Shown piece by piece: positions 41,810-52,097 of a stretch of 64,000 nucleotides of DNA (positions are counted from its first letter, which is position 1; each line of letters starts with the position of its first letter). Source of the DNA: Minisyncoccota bacterium (GTDB taxonomy: Bacteria; Patescibacteriota; Minisyncoccia; Phycocordibacterales; UBA918); contig JAIPIB010000003.1 of NCBI GenBank assembly GCA_021734905.1, positions 1,334-65,333 on the forward strand, read 5' to 3'. The notes under the pieces are model-generated. The model was given only the letters and a program-made list of their open reading frames with translations, was not told where the DNA came from and did not search any database. The translations under genes were made by a program, and so were the position numbers.

Positions 41810-42313
41810 CTATTTTTTAGTCTTTACTGCTGGTTTTACAACAGCTTTCTTTACCGGAGCTTTTTTCTGAGCTACTTTCTTTGGAGCAGACTTAGCAACA
41901 ACCTTTTGCGCTTGCTTTGCAATGCTTTTTTTTGCTGTGTCCAAAACCTTCTTAACTGTTTTACTCTTTTGAAGTTTTGCCCAATGATCACCCATTTCCT
42001 TCTTAAAATCTTTTACTTCACCTGCAGTAGCGTTTTTAACAGTTCCATATGCACCACTTGCAGCCTCAACAAGAGCTCGGTATTCTTCTTCAGTAATAGT
42101 CTCAGCTTTTTCAAGAGCTTCAAGTACTTCGCCCTTTGCTTTCAATACCCACCCTTTTACTTTCTTTCTATTCTGTTTTGATTCCTTACTCCCATACAGA
42201 AAATATGCACCTGCCGCTGTTACTGCAGCTGCAGTAAGTCCAAAACCAATACCAACCTTTGTTGCTGTGCTCATATCCTTACCCTTTACGGTTTTTACTT
42301 TTTTTTGTGCCAT
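41810..42313 (-). CDS. YtxH-like protein with Lys/Ala-rich tail
   Basis: AAGAYFLYG..NRKKVKGW; KKAPVKK tail. Confidence 0.65.
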   Translation of the reverse strand: MAQKKVKTVKGKDMSTATKVGIGFGLTAAAVTAAGAYFLYGSKESKQNRKKVKGWVLKAKGEVLEALEKAETITEEEYRALVEAASGAYGTVKNATAGEVKDFKKEMGDHWAKLQKSKTVKKVLDTAKKSIAKQAQKVVAKSAPKKVAQKKAPVKKAVVKPAVKTKK

Positions 42314-42323
42314 ATTATTTATA

Positions 42324-42644
42324 TTATTCTTTTATTGTTAATTCTGTTCTTCTCTTTTCAGATTTTTTAGTTGACCTTCCTCCATGTTCTGTATGCCAAG
42401 GAGATGCTCCTAATATACTCTTTAGAAGCCTCTTAATAAAGCCATCTTCAGTGAAATATGCCCTAAACTGACCAATGTCTTCAGCAATAATCTCAGTCCC
42501 CTCCTCAATACGGTTCAAGATACGTCGTAATGACTTAATAGCTTTAATGACATGGAAAAGGACAATGCAGAGAAGTGCTGTAAACACGATGACAGCAATA
42601 CCTGTGATGAAGAAAAAAATATTCGCATGTAATACATCACTCAT
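42324..42644 (-). CDS. DUF948-like membrane protein
   Basis: TM followed by coiled coil; upstream of the YtxH-like gene. Confidence 0.6.
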   Translation of the reverse strand: MSDVLHANIFFFITGIAVIVFTALLCIVLFHVIKAIKSLRRILNRIEEGTEIIAEDIGQFRAYFTEDGFIKRLLKSILGASPWHTEHGGRSTKKSEKRRTELTIKE

Positions 42645-42678
42645 AGGTATAGTATATCAGACTCTGGACAGCTCCTCC

Positions 42679-43707
42679 TCAGTTTGTTTTAAGAAAGTTG
42701 TTTACAACCTCCTCAATCTCACCACTTGATTCTTTATCCATGAGCAGAGCGCGCAGCTCTTTTGCACCATCAAAATCGTTCACGTACGCTTTGTAATGTT
42801 TCTTCATCAAAGAAAAGTTTTTGAACGGAAGAATTTGTTCAAATAATCTTGTATGTTCAATCATTACCTTGAGGCGTGTAGTGATATCTATCTTTCTAAC
42901 TTCCTGTCCTGGATTAAAAAGCCACGGGTTACCGAAAATTGCTCGCCCGAGCATAACTCCATCTGCGCCAAACTCATTAGCCTTCAAATATGCGTCTTCA
43001 AGCGACATGACATCGCCATTGCCCAAAATAAGTGTCTTTTCTTTACCCTTGTTTACCGATCTCCACGCATCATTCTGTATCTCATTGCGTATGTGCACAG
43101 CTTCACGAATATGTTCCCATCGGGCCGGAACCTTGGACATTTCCTTTCGTGTTCGTACATGAATCGTGATAGCTGCTGGGTTCTCGCTCAGTAGTGCTGG
43201 AAGCCATGTCTCGAGCTCATTCTTATTGTAGCCAATACGTGTCTTAACTGAGACTGGGAGCCCACCCGCACCTCGTTTTGCAGCACAAATAATCTCTCTT
43301 GCAAGATCTGGTTTTCGTATCATTGCAGAGCCACACCCCTGTTTTTCAATTGTTCGATCTGGACATCCCATATTAATATCAATTCCATCAAATCCAAGCT
43401 TTAAACAGAGAGCAGCCGCTTGTTCCATATACTCAGGATGTGAAGAAAAAAGTTGGGCAACTATCGGTCGCTCGGCTTCTATATATAACAAATCTGCCAT
43501 GAGTTTTTCTTTTCCTTCCTCTGAGGCACGAATAAGACCATCTGCTGACACGAATTCTGTCCACATTACATCAGGACCTCCAACCGTTCCATCATGACGT
43601 ACATGAGATGAATACTTTGCAATAATTTGTCGAAACGACGCATCGGTAACATTAGCTAACGGCGCAAGTACTATGATCGGTTTTTTTAATCTGTTCCAAA
43701 ATGACAT
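42679..43707 (-). CDS. dus: tRNA-dihydrouridine synthase
   Basis: LAPLA, TEFVS, DINMGCP, SVKTRIG, GNGD, GRAIFGNPW. Confidence 0.93.
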   Translation of the reverse strand: MSFWNRLKKPIIVLAPLANVTDASFRQIIAKYSSHVRHDGTVGGPDVMWTEFVSADGLIRASEEGKEKLMADLLYIEAERPIVAQLFSSHPEYMEQAAALCLKLGFDGIDINMGCPDRTIEKQGCGSAMIRKPDLAREIICAAKRGAGGLPVSVKTRIGYNKNELETWLPALLSENPAAITIHVRTRKEMSKVPARWEHIREAVHIRNEIQNDAWRSVNKGKEKTLILGNGDVMSLEDAYLKANEFGADGVMLGRAIFGNPWLFNPGQEVRKIDITTRLKVMIEHTRLFEQILPFKNFSLMKKHYKAYVNDFDGAKELRALLMDKESSGEIEEVVNNFLKTN

Positions 43708-43710
43708 ATA

Positions 43711-44574
43711 TTATTCTTCATTCTGCTCTATAGACTCTTCATGCACATCCAATTCCTCATTTACAAAAATTTTGTTGTTGAATCGTGCGTCAATGTAGTT
43801 AAAATTACCTGGTTTAATGTGAGCAAATTCCTTTGCTGAAAGGACTGATTGAAGATTATCAAATGACTGGTTGAGGTCTTTCCATTTTGCAACGTAAATC
43901 ATACCGCCGCCATTAACAAAAAATTTGATATCTCCAACACCTGTATGTACAAGAGATGTAATACGAAAACCTAGTTCTTTATTCGCTCGTGCAATAAAAT
44001 TATCGATGTCAGACAGCACAGCTTCTTCAATAACCGAACCCGACATAATTGAATCTATATCTTCAACATAATGGCGAACAAGAGTCCCTCCATGGAGAAG
44101 TGGCGCAGTTGCAAAGGCATAGCCTTTAACATCAATAAAATAGCAGGGCTCGTCATCTTTCTCATATATGCACCACAGTGCATGAGGCGCAAATTCTTCA
44201 AACGAAACTTCTAGCGTCTTGTTTGATGGATGTGTGATTTCAATATTATGAATTCGAGGAGTCTTTTCAATTACTTCAACAATCCGGTCGTGTGGGTAAA
44301 AATACACAAAGCGCTTCGGAACAACCAAGTAGTAAGCACCCTGAAGCTCACCATTAACACTATTTCTAATTTCATCATGCGAGATAGTCTCACCTCCACG
44401 AATGACAACATCGTTGATTGTAAAAAATTCAAGTCGAGTAACGTACCAAATAAGAACAATCCCTAATACAACAAGAAGTAGCTTCAGAACTCCAAAGAAA
44501 ATTTGACGCGCGAATGAAGTCTTCTCTTTTGCGCGTATTCTTCCTCGCGTTTTTTTTCTTTCAAAAAATCCCAC
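43711..44574 (-). CDS. FtsQ/DivIB-like POTRA protein
   Basis: Basic N-terminus, TM, POTRA-like region, YIDARF C-terminus. Confidence 0.75.
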   Translation of the reverse strand: MGFFERKKTRGRIRAKEKTSFARQIFFGVLKLLLVVLGIVLIWYVTRLEFFTINDVVIRGGETISHDEIRNSVNGELQGAYYLVVPKRFVYFYPHDRIVEVIEKTPRIHNIEITHPSNKTLEVSFEEFAPHALWCIYEKDDEPCYFIDVKGYAFATAPLLHGGTLVRHYVEDIDSIMSGSVIEEAVLSDIDNFIARANKELGFRITSLVHTGVGDIKFFVNGGGMIYVAKWKDLNQSFDNLQSVLSAKEFAHIKPGNFNYIDARFNNKIFVNEELDVHEESIEQNEE

Positions 44575-44576
44575 AT

Positions 44577-45839
44577 CTATTGAATTACATCTGTTCCCAT
44601 AAATGGAATAAGTACATCAGGAACTTTTACAGTTCCATCTTCTTGTTGAAAGTTTTCGACAAGTGAGACAAGAATTCGTGGAGTTGGAATGGCTGTACAA
44701 TTTAAGGAGTGCGCATACCGTAGCTTTCCTTCCGTATCCTTATAGCGAATGTTAAATCGACGTGTCTGGAAATCATGGAAGTATGATGCGGAACTAATCT
44801 CACGGTATTTTTCTTCACCTGGAACCCAAAGCTCAATATCATATTTTTTCACCTGTCCCTGCCCAAGATCACCTCCACAGTTAATGACCGTACGGTACGG
44901 AATGCCCAGTGACTCAATAAATTCCTCAGTATTTTTATTCAACCACTCGTGCCACTTTACTGATTCCTCATGACTTGCTTCGCAAAGAAGTACTTGCTCG
45001 AGCTTATAAAATTCATGCACGCGAATAAGTCCCTTTGTATCTTTCCCGTGACTTCCTGCTTCACGACGAAAACATGGAGAGAACGAAAGCCATTTGATTG
45101 GGAGATCACTTTTTTCGATAATGTCATCAGCATAATACCCCATCGTCGAAACCTCTGCCGTTCCCACAAGATAATCCTCGTCTTGCGTTTTATAAACATC
45201 TTCAGCGTCATTAGGAAGATGTCCTGTTCCATACAGATTACTCTTACGAACAATTGCCGGAACAATGAGTGGATCAAAACCTCGGTCTAAAAAGAATTTT
45301 TGTGCATAATTCCAAATTGCCCACGATAGGCGTGCACCATTCTTTTGGAGGTAGTACCCACGAAATCCATGAACCTTTGTACCACGCTCAAAATCAACCA
45401 TTTTAAGAGCTGTCATGATGTCTGTGTGACTTTTTGGAGTAAACGGAAATACTGTCTTTTCTCCCCATGTCTTTATCTCCTTGTTATCAGAATCATCCTT
45501 TCCTACTGGTACTGACATGTCAGGAATATTCGGGACCTGCAACATCAGCTCTTGCCATTTTTGCATAACTTCCTTTAGCTCTTCCTCTTCTTTTTGAATC
45601 TCATCCTTCAAAATCTTCATCTCAGCAATAAGTTGTGCTCGTACAGACTCATCGGTGGCAAGTGCAACCTCACGAGAAACGGTATTCTGTTCTGCTTTCT
45701 TTGCCTCTACTGACAATAGCATTTGTTTACGTGTGTCATCGAGTGCAACAAGACCATCAAGATCAACAGTCATACACTTCTTAGCAGCACCCATTTTGAT
45801 AAGGTCAAGATTCTCTCGTATGAATTTTATATCCAACAT
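44577..45839 (-). CDS. serS: Serine-tRNA ligase
   Basis: MLDIKFIR, GTAE, FRREAG, RVHEFYKLEQ. Confidence 0.97.
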   Translation of the reverse strand: MLDIKFIRENLDLIKMGAAKKCMTVDLDGLVALDDTRKQMLLSVEAKKAEQNTVSREVALATDESVRAQLIAEMKILKDEIQKEEEELKEVMQKWQELMLQVPNIPDMSVPVGKDDSDNKEIKTWGEKTVFPFTPKSHTDIMTALKMVDFERGTKVHGFRGYYLQKNGARLSWAIWNYAQKFFLDRGFDPLIVPAIVRKSNLYGTGHLPNDAEDVYKTQDEDYLVGTAEVSTMGYYADDIIEKSDLPIKWLSFSPCFRREAGSHGKDTKGLIRVHEFYKLEQVLLCEASHEESVKWHEWLNKNTEEFIESLGIPYRTVINCGGDLGQGQVKKYDIELWVPGEEKYREISSASYFHDFQTRRFNIRYKDTEGKLRYAHSLNCTAIPTPRILVSLVENFQQEDGTVKVPDVLIPFMGTDVIQ

Positions 45840-45888
45840 ATTATTGAAACTAGTCTTTTATTATACGCATCTTTAAAAATTACTCAAA

Positions 45889-45917
45889 AAACAGCAACGT
45901 GTGTGCGTTGCTGTTTT
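45889..45917. terminator. Intrinsic terminator
   Basis: aaaacagcaacg..cgttgctgtttt. Confidence 0.65.
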
Positions 45918-45929
45918 CAGTGAGCGCGC

Positions 45930-46301
45930 TCACTGTCGCCTTTCCTTCTCAACAAAAACAAAACCCTGTCTTCCGTTACAATCAAGAAGTAATTCGGTAC
46001 ACCATGCTTCCGGAATCGGAGTCTCGCCGTCCTTTCCAAGTGTACTGATCTGAAGCATTCCTTCCACACCATCCACATACTGAACCAGTGACACATAATC
46101 CAAATCATTGGAAAGTAGCGGCATTAATCTTGAAGTGAAATTCTCAAGATCTCCAGATTGAAATGGAAAATATTTGAGACTTTCGAGATAGGAAAGAAAT
46201 GCATTCAGATCAATTAAATTTGACTCTGGTATTACAAGAACACACGCAACATTGTTGATTAGTATACTTCTTGAAAAGAAGTTAACTTCATGCGGTACCA
46301 T
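45930..46301 (-). CDS. Hypothetical protein
   Basis: 123-aa ORF with ggag upstream of the start and a terminator downstream. Confidence 0.5.
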   Translation of the reverse strand: MVPHEVNFFSRSILINNVACVLVIPESNLIDLNAFLSYLESLKYFPFQSGDLENFTSRLMPLLSNDLDYVSLVQYVDGVEGMLQISTLGKDGETPIPEAWCTELLLDCNGRQGFVFVEKERRQ

Positions 46302-46398
46302 TTTGCTCTCCCAAGGAACATAAATTTAAATGAACAATAAGACCTTCGGTGTAAAATGTCAAAGAGGATAGTCCACGGCGTGATACACTTTTTTAAGT

Positions 46399-47259
46399 AT
46401 GGATTACCCTATCCAAAAACTCACAGTAGACGAATTCCCTCCTCTACTTTGTGAAATTCCTAAACCTCCTAAAGAACTATATCTTAAAGGGACCCTACCA
46501 CCGCAAGGCACTTCGTGCCTTGCGGTGGTAGGGTCCCGTAATTACACAAATTATGGAAAGCAAGTAGTTGAATACCTCATCAGCGGACTTCGAGGATATC
46601 CTATTTCAATAATTTCTGGACTCGCACTCGGTATTGACTCCCTTGCACACACAGCAGCTCTAAGTACAGGTCTCCATACACTAGCGGTGCCTGGATCAGG
46701 AATAGATGATACGGTCATTTACCCACGCAGAAACCTTACTCTTGCACAACAAATACTTGGGCAAGGTGGTGGCCTTCTCAGTGAATTTGAACCGACCTTC
46801 AGAGCAACACCATGGTCTTTTCCACAACGCAACCGAATTATGGCTGGATTGTCTCACGCAGTCTTACTCATTGAAGCAAGCGAACGTTCAGGCACGCTTA
46901 TTACCGCTCGACTCACTGCAGACTATAACCGAGAACTACTTGTCGTCCCCGGTAACATTTTTTCAGAAAATAGTGCAGGCAGTCATCAATTCCTTAAACT
47001 CGGCGCAACCCCAGTAACAACTCCCGAGGATATTTTGATCGCCCTTAATATTGATGAAAAAATTGAAACACAAACACAAAATCAGCTCTTCACTGAGGAA
47101 GAGCTAACCATCCTCAACCTCCTCTCCGAACCAAAGGACAGCGATACGATAATTCGTCTCTTTCCTTCATCACCACAAGAAACAGTCACACTCCTCATGC
47201 ACATGGAACTCAATGGACTCATTACCGAACAGAACGGGGTGTTTTATCGTACTACTTAG
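46399..47259 (+). CDS. dprA: DNA-processing protein DprA
   Basis: AVVGSR, SGLALGID, FPQRNRIMAGLS, SGTLITA. Confidence 0.96.
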   Translation: MDYPIQKLTVDEFPPLLCEIPKPPKELYLKGTLPPQGTSCLAVVGSRNYTNYGKQVVEYLISGLRGYPISIISGLALGIDSLAHTAALSTGLHTLAVPGSGIDDTVIYPRRNLTLAQQILGQGGGLLSEFEPTFRATPWSFPQRNRIMAGLSHAVLLIEASERSGTLITARLTADYNRELLVVPGNIFSENSAGSHQFLKLGATPVTTPEDILIALNIDEKIETQTQNQLFTEEELTILNLLSEPKDSDTIIRLFPSSPQETVTLLMHMELNGLITEQNGVFYRTT

Positions 47260-47267
47260 CTACTTCT

Positions 47268-48098
47268 TTATATCACCCTCCTGAGTGTCCCATCTTCCTG
47301 CATTTCCACAGCCTCAACATTTTTGATGCTATGGTCTCCGGTATCTTTCTCTAGTGCGACGCTCATGTAGTTTTCATGTCCAAATGCAAGAATATTGACT
47401 CGTTTATCTCCACTCGCTTTCTCTCTCGCAAACTCTGCGAGACGTTTCATGTTCTTAAACTGTGTCTCGTAGAGCTCTTCCGATGTCACAATTGATGGGT
47501 CAATTTTCTTTGCCTCTTCAGCATGCGCGTCGAAGTTTGCTCCCCACGAGCCCTTGTCATCCTTCGAAACAATTTCTTTAATCTTCTCAAACATTCGTCT
47601 TGTTTCATTTCCTACCTTTTCCCAATTTACTTTGGGAAGATATGCGGGTGAGTTGAATGCACTCAGAATGAGTTGATTCTTGCTTCCAAGAGATAATGTA
47701 TCGAGTGTGCGAACATATCCTTCACCAACTTTCGTCGCTAGCTCCATGCCAGTCTTTTCATGAAGAACAACTTCAATACCTCGTGCCTTTGCAATATCAA
47801 CGTATATCTTCGCTGTTTCGAGCGCGCGCATCTGTGTACTTGAAACCGCATACACTACATCTTCATCAGCACTAAATGTCTCAAAGAACTTCTCAGCTTC
47901 CCTCTGTGCGAGCTCAACTCCGGCTGGTGGCAAGTCAGGAACCTGTTCCTCTAGATTCATATCTGCCTCAGGATTTTCGGAAGCAAACGCTTCTGCGTAA
48001 CTTGCATAGGTGGCTTTTGAATGCCTAATAAAAAAGACTCTCATCCTTTTCTCTATCTCAACACTTTCATTACTTTTTCCTTGCTCAAAACCAAACAT
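47268..48098 (-). CDS. Divergent histidine phosphatase-superfamily protein
   Basis: FFIRHS, SS...RALETA, FGHE. Confidence 0.7.
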   Translation of the reverse strand: MFGFEQGKSNESVEIEKRMRVFFIRHSKATYASYAEAFASENPEADMNLEEQVPDLPPAGVELAQREAEKFFETFSADEDVVYAVSSTQMRALETAKIYVDIAKARGIEVVLHEKTGMELATKVGEGYVRTLDTLSLGSKNQLILSAFNSPAYLPKVNWEKVGNETRRMFEKIKEIVSKDDKGSWGANFDAHAEEAKKIDPSIVTSEELYETQFKNMKRLAEFAREKASGDKRVNILAFGHENYMSVALEKDTGDHSIKNVEAVEMQEDGTLRRVI

Positions 48099-48107
48099 AT
48101 AAAATAA

Positions 48108-51100
48108 TTATTTTCTTTTAATCACCCACACTACCCCATTATCTGCATCCACCTCGACAAGGTCGCCGTCTTTGAGGACTTGCGTGGCTATTTTTGTGCC
48201 CACCACACAGGGTATCCCGAGCTCACGGGAAACTATTGCAGCGTGACACACCACCCCGCCTTCATCGGTCACGATTCCTGAACACTTTTTCATTGCAGGG
48301 ACATAGTCTGGTGACGTTGCATACGTGATCATAATGTCACCTTCAGCAACATGAGCGAGATCTGCTTTTACAAGTACCATCTTCACTCTCCCCTGTACCC
48401 TTCCCGTTGATGCTGATGCCCCTTTAATTTCTTCAGTGTCACTCACTTCCAGTGATGCAAGTTGTATCCCAAATTCTTTAAGCATCTCTTCCGTTACCGC
48501 TGTGGGAGAAAAATGGGTATTCCCCTGTATTGTAAGGAGTCCACATCCGCTACTACGACGTTCTATTTCTGCAATCTCTTCTGGCGAAAGTGTTTCTCCT
48601 CTATATGCCTCTTCGGGGGTCATGAGGTGTGCTATCTGCCCAAGATTTGGAAGTGTTCGTGTGATGTATTCGAGATACACCCTATCACCCTCATCTGAGT
48701 ATTCCTGTGTCTCCTTGCGCACCTTGAGAGCTTTCACACGCAAATCCTCTGGCATACCCTCCCTGTCAGGAATGACAAAAATATATGCCATCGGCCCCCA
48801 CCACCGCATGTAGTGGGTATAGAATGATTTCAAATCTCCTGACGATGAGATATGCTTCTCTCCATTCAAATATGGAAGAAGTTCTTTCCAGTGTGTATAA
48901 AAATCTTCAATGACAGTATCGAGAATAGAAGGATTATCAATAATCCCTTTCACAATACGGTCAAAGATAGTCTTGAGTTCATCGAGGTCGTAGTACACAT
49001 CGAGAACCCCTCGCTCGTTACGCACAAAAAGCATGTTCTTGATATTGGTGTCGTGAATATACTCATCAAAACAATCTCTGTTTGATTCATTCCAAACATG
49101 AGCATAAAACATCGAATGCTCGCGACTCATGTATTTTGAAAGAACAATTTCTTTTTCCTCCGCTCTCTTCAACACCCGCACCACCCCATTATCCGCATCT
49201 ACCTCGACAAGGTCGCCGTCTTTGAAGGTTTTTGTTCCAAATTTTGTACCAATAACACAAGGCTTTTTTAGTTCGCGCGCAACAATGGCTGCGTGACAAA
49301 GCAGACCACCTCCATCAGTCACAATGGCCCCCGCTTTCTTCATAAGTGGAACAAAATTTGGATCGGTCATTCCAGTGACAAGAATTTCACCCTCAGCAAT
49401 CTCTGCACTTTTGTAGTTTTTAATAACACGACATACACCTGTGACCTTACCTGGAAAAGCTGAATTTCCTTTCAGTACTCCTTCTCCAGAAGCTTTGCTC
49501 CATTCTGTCTCAATATCATCGGCAATTTGCTCATCGAGGATCTGATATCCATTTTCATCAGCATACACCCCGCATCTTTTGTATCGATTCTGTAAAACTT
49601 CTGGTGAGATTTTTGTTATTCCATTTACAATGTCGTATGCCTCGTAGCTGAGTGCAAACATGAGTTGTTCCTTCGTGTACCTGTCCTTAATATCATCAAT
49701 AACACGCATTATGATTGCATCAATATCGAGAAAAAGTGTTTCAGAATAACGGCGGGCATCTTCAAATTCCCTAAAGATGACTTGCTCTTCTTTCCCCGAA
49801 AGAAAATTTGAAGCAGTCTTAGAAGCAACCTGACATGCAGTATAAAAATCATAAAGCTTTTTCAGCTCATTAAGATGATCAAAAAAATTCGCCGCATCCA
49901 GATTTTTTGACATCTCACGTATTGCATCTGCAGTATCTTTAAATTTTTGAATCCAGGTCGTCCTAAAAATCTCATCTTTTGCTCTTCCGGCTAGATACAA
50001 TCCAAGCTCTTCATATTCATTTGAAGGCAGATATGCTGTCGCTGCACCGTCATGATATGAAATATATACGAAGCTTAAATTCTTTCCAAAAAAATCATTG
50101 AAAGTCTTGAAATACCCGTTTGCCGCAATCGAGTAATGAAGCAGAGAAAAAGGACCAGCCCAGTCAATCTGACAATCTGTTAGCTTGAGTTTCTTGACAA
50201 TGTCCGTATCTGCCAAATTACTGTTAGACTCAGAAATGTCTGAAAGGGTCGTAATCGGCCGACTCTGCACGATGTAGAACTTCCCCGCCCGCCCACCTTC
50301 GGCATTCGGACATGCCTCATACGCCCATTCAATGTCACAGGGAAAACCGTAGTGATTCTCTATGTGTAAAATAAGCTCTGATAGTTCAAGAATTTGTGAC
50401 TCGGTAAGTACCTGTGACGATGCCTTTGGCTCAGGGATTGTTTGCCACTCGTTTCCCCCCGCTTCACCGACTCTATAGAGGGCACGTGTCTGTGTGCTCA
50501 CGTTGATATCAATAATCTCTCGTGGACTCTTCCCCACGACATAGCTATCGGGAGTGACTTGTCCGGAGACAATGGCTTCACCGAGACCAAAACCCGCTTC
50601 GATGATGAGCTGGTTTCTGTCTTCGGTGACCGGATGCACTGAGAAGGTAATGCCAGAGACTTCACTCTCCACCATTTTCTGCACCACCACCGCAACTGAT
50701 ATTTTAGAATCGTGGAGTCCTTGTTCAAATCGATAGAAGATTGCCGAGGGGTGAAGAGTGATGCCCAACAGCGCTGTACGTTCTCAAGGAGTGTTGCTCC
50801 GGTTGTATTGAGAAAACTATCGAGTTGTCCTGCCCACGCCGCGCTCGCAGAGTCCTCTGCAGTTGCACTTGATCGGACAGCGACGAATGGAGTATTGAGA
50901 CTTGCAAATGAGGTGTTGACGAGGAGGGCAATATCTTCTGGCATTTTTGCCTCAAGAATGAGTTTCTGGATTGTCTCTGAAGCATACTCAGTCGTGTGCA
51001 TTGCTTTTGTATCAACACCGTGGAGAATTGAGTCAATTTCCACATTGAGGTCTGTCTCTTCAAGGAAACGCTCAAAAGCGCTTGAGAGCACAACAAAACC

Positions 51101-51229
51101 AGGGGGGACGGGGATTCCTGCTTGGGTCATTTCTCCAAGGGAGGCGCCTTTACCGCCCGCAATTCCTGCGTCGTGTCTGCCTAGCTCCCCGAATACTCGT
51201 ATGAGTTCCATAGGCTCAAATTGTATCAC
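48108..51229 (-). pseudogene. Frameshifted PPDK_N (ATP-grasp) protein with two His-swivel domains (PEP synthase/rifampicin phosphotransferase-like)
   Basis: GGKGASLGEM, VRSSATAED..AGQ in one frame; AIFYR..VQKMV..DIEWA..QSRPIT, CHAAIVARE and CHAAIVSRE in another; one base missing at LFTPR/AIFYR (~50745). Confidence 0.85.
48123..49225. repeat. Internal ~50-bp direct repeat (48123-48175 and 49173-49225)
   Basis: accccattatcYgcatcYacctcgacaaggtcgccgtctttga at the end of each swivel domain, 1050 bp apart. Confidence 0.85.
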
Positions 51230-51316
51230 AGAAATTAATAACTTTCACCAATGCCCTAGACTTTACTTAAAATGTTACTTTTCTTACCCTACTCAAGAGC
51301 AGAAAAGCTCTAATGA

Positions 51317-51943
51317 ATGTATAATAACAAACATGATCTTGAGTTATTTAAAAAACAATTTATCCGGGAAGAACTTGGTATCACCGACGAATACGGAAGC
51401 ATTTTCACATTTATAGACTTCGGAAATGTGAATAAGAAGTTAGAAATCAATATCGCTCTGCTTAAAGACTTTTCATATTATTTTTCATTAAGTACTCGTT
51501 TTTATTACGGACACGACCCAGCGAATATAGGTTCAATGGGGTTTTTAAGAAAGACAAGGGATATTTTTGGAAAGAGCAAGGTTTTTACAAAACCACTCCA
51601 AAAGGTTAGACATCATCTCAAAGACAACGAAAGAGAAACGAACACGCGGAACCTTTTTCATGATACTGACGGTGACTACATTTTGCTTCCTAAATGTAAT
51701 TTTGATGTTGAAATTTCAGTTGATGCAATAAAGCTTTCAGAACACTATGATACATTTTGCCTTTTCTCGGGTGATGCCGATTTTGTATACTTAAATAGCT
51801 ACCTTAGGAATAAAGGAAAGAAAATAATTTTGATTAAAGGAGGGCACATAACTGATAATCTTCGTAAATCTGCAGACAAGGTAATTAATGCTCAGAACAT
51901 TAAAAAATATATTACGCAAACAAAGCAAAAACCTGGCGGTTAG
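51317..51943 (+). CDS. NYN (LabA/DUF88, PIN-like) domain protein
   Basis: FIDFGN, KCNFDVEI.VD, LFSGDADF, LRKSAD. Confidence 0.85.
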   Translation: MYNNKHDLELFKKQFIREELGITDEYGSIFTFIDFGNVNKKLEINIALLKDFSYYFSLSTRFYYGHDPANIGSMGFLRKTRDIFGKSKVFTKPLQKVRHHLKDNERETNTRNLFHDTDGDYILLPKCNFDVEISVDAIKLSEHYDTFCLFSGDADFVYLNSYLRNKGKKIILIKGGHITDNLRKSADKVINAQNIKKYITQTKQKPGG

Positions 51944-51953
51944 CCAGGTTTTG
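51927..51953 (+). terminator. Terminator overlapping the NYN stop
   Basis: aaaacctggc..gccaggtttt. Confidence 0.6.
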
Positions 51954-52097
51954 CGGATTGTAAACCCGAATCCTCGGGCAGGTATATACACTATATATAA
52001 GATATGCCGAAATGCAAATGACTTATGGTGGTAATCTGTAGCGTTTCTGACACTTCTTATTTGACACAATAGCTATTACCTAGTATCTATTGAGTGC

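Noticed and set aside
50712-51416. 234-aa plus-strand ORF and other antisense ORFs within long genes
   Set aside because: Shadow frames of well-supported opposite-strand genes with no motifs of their own.
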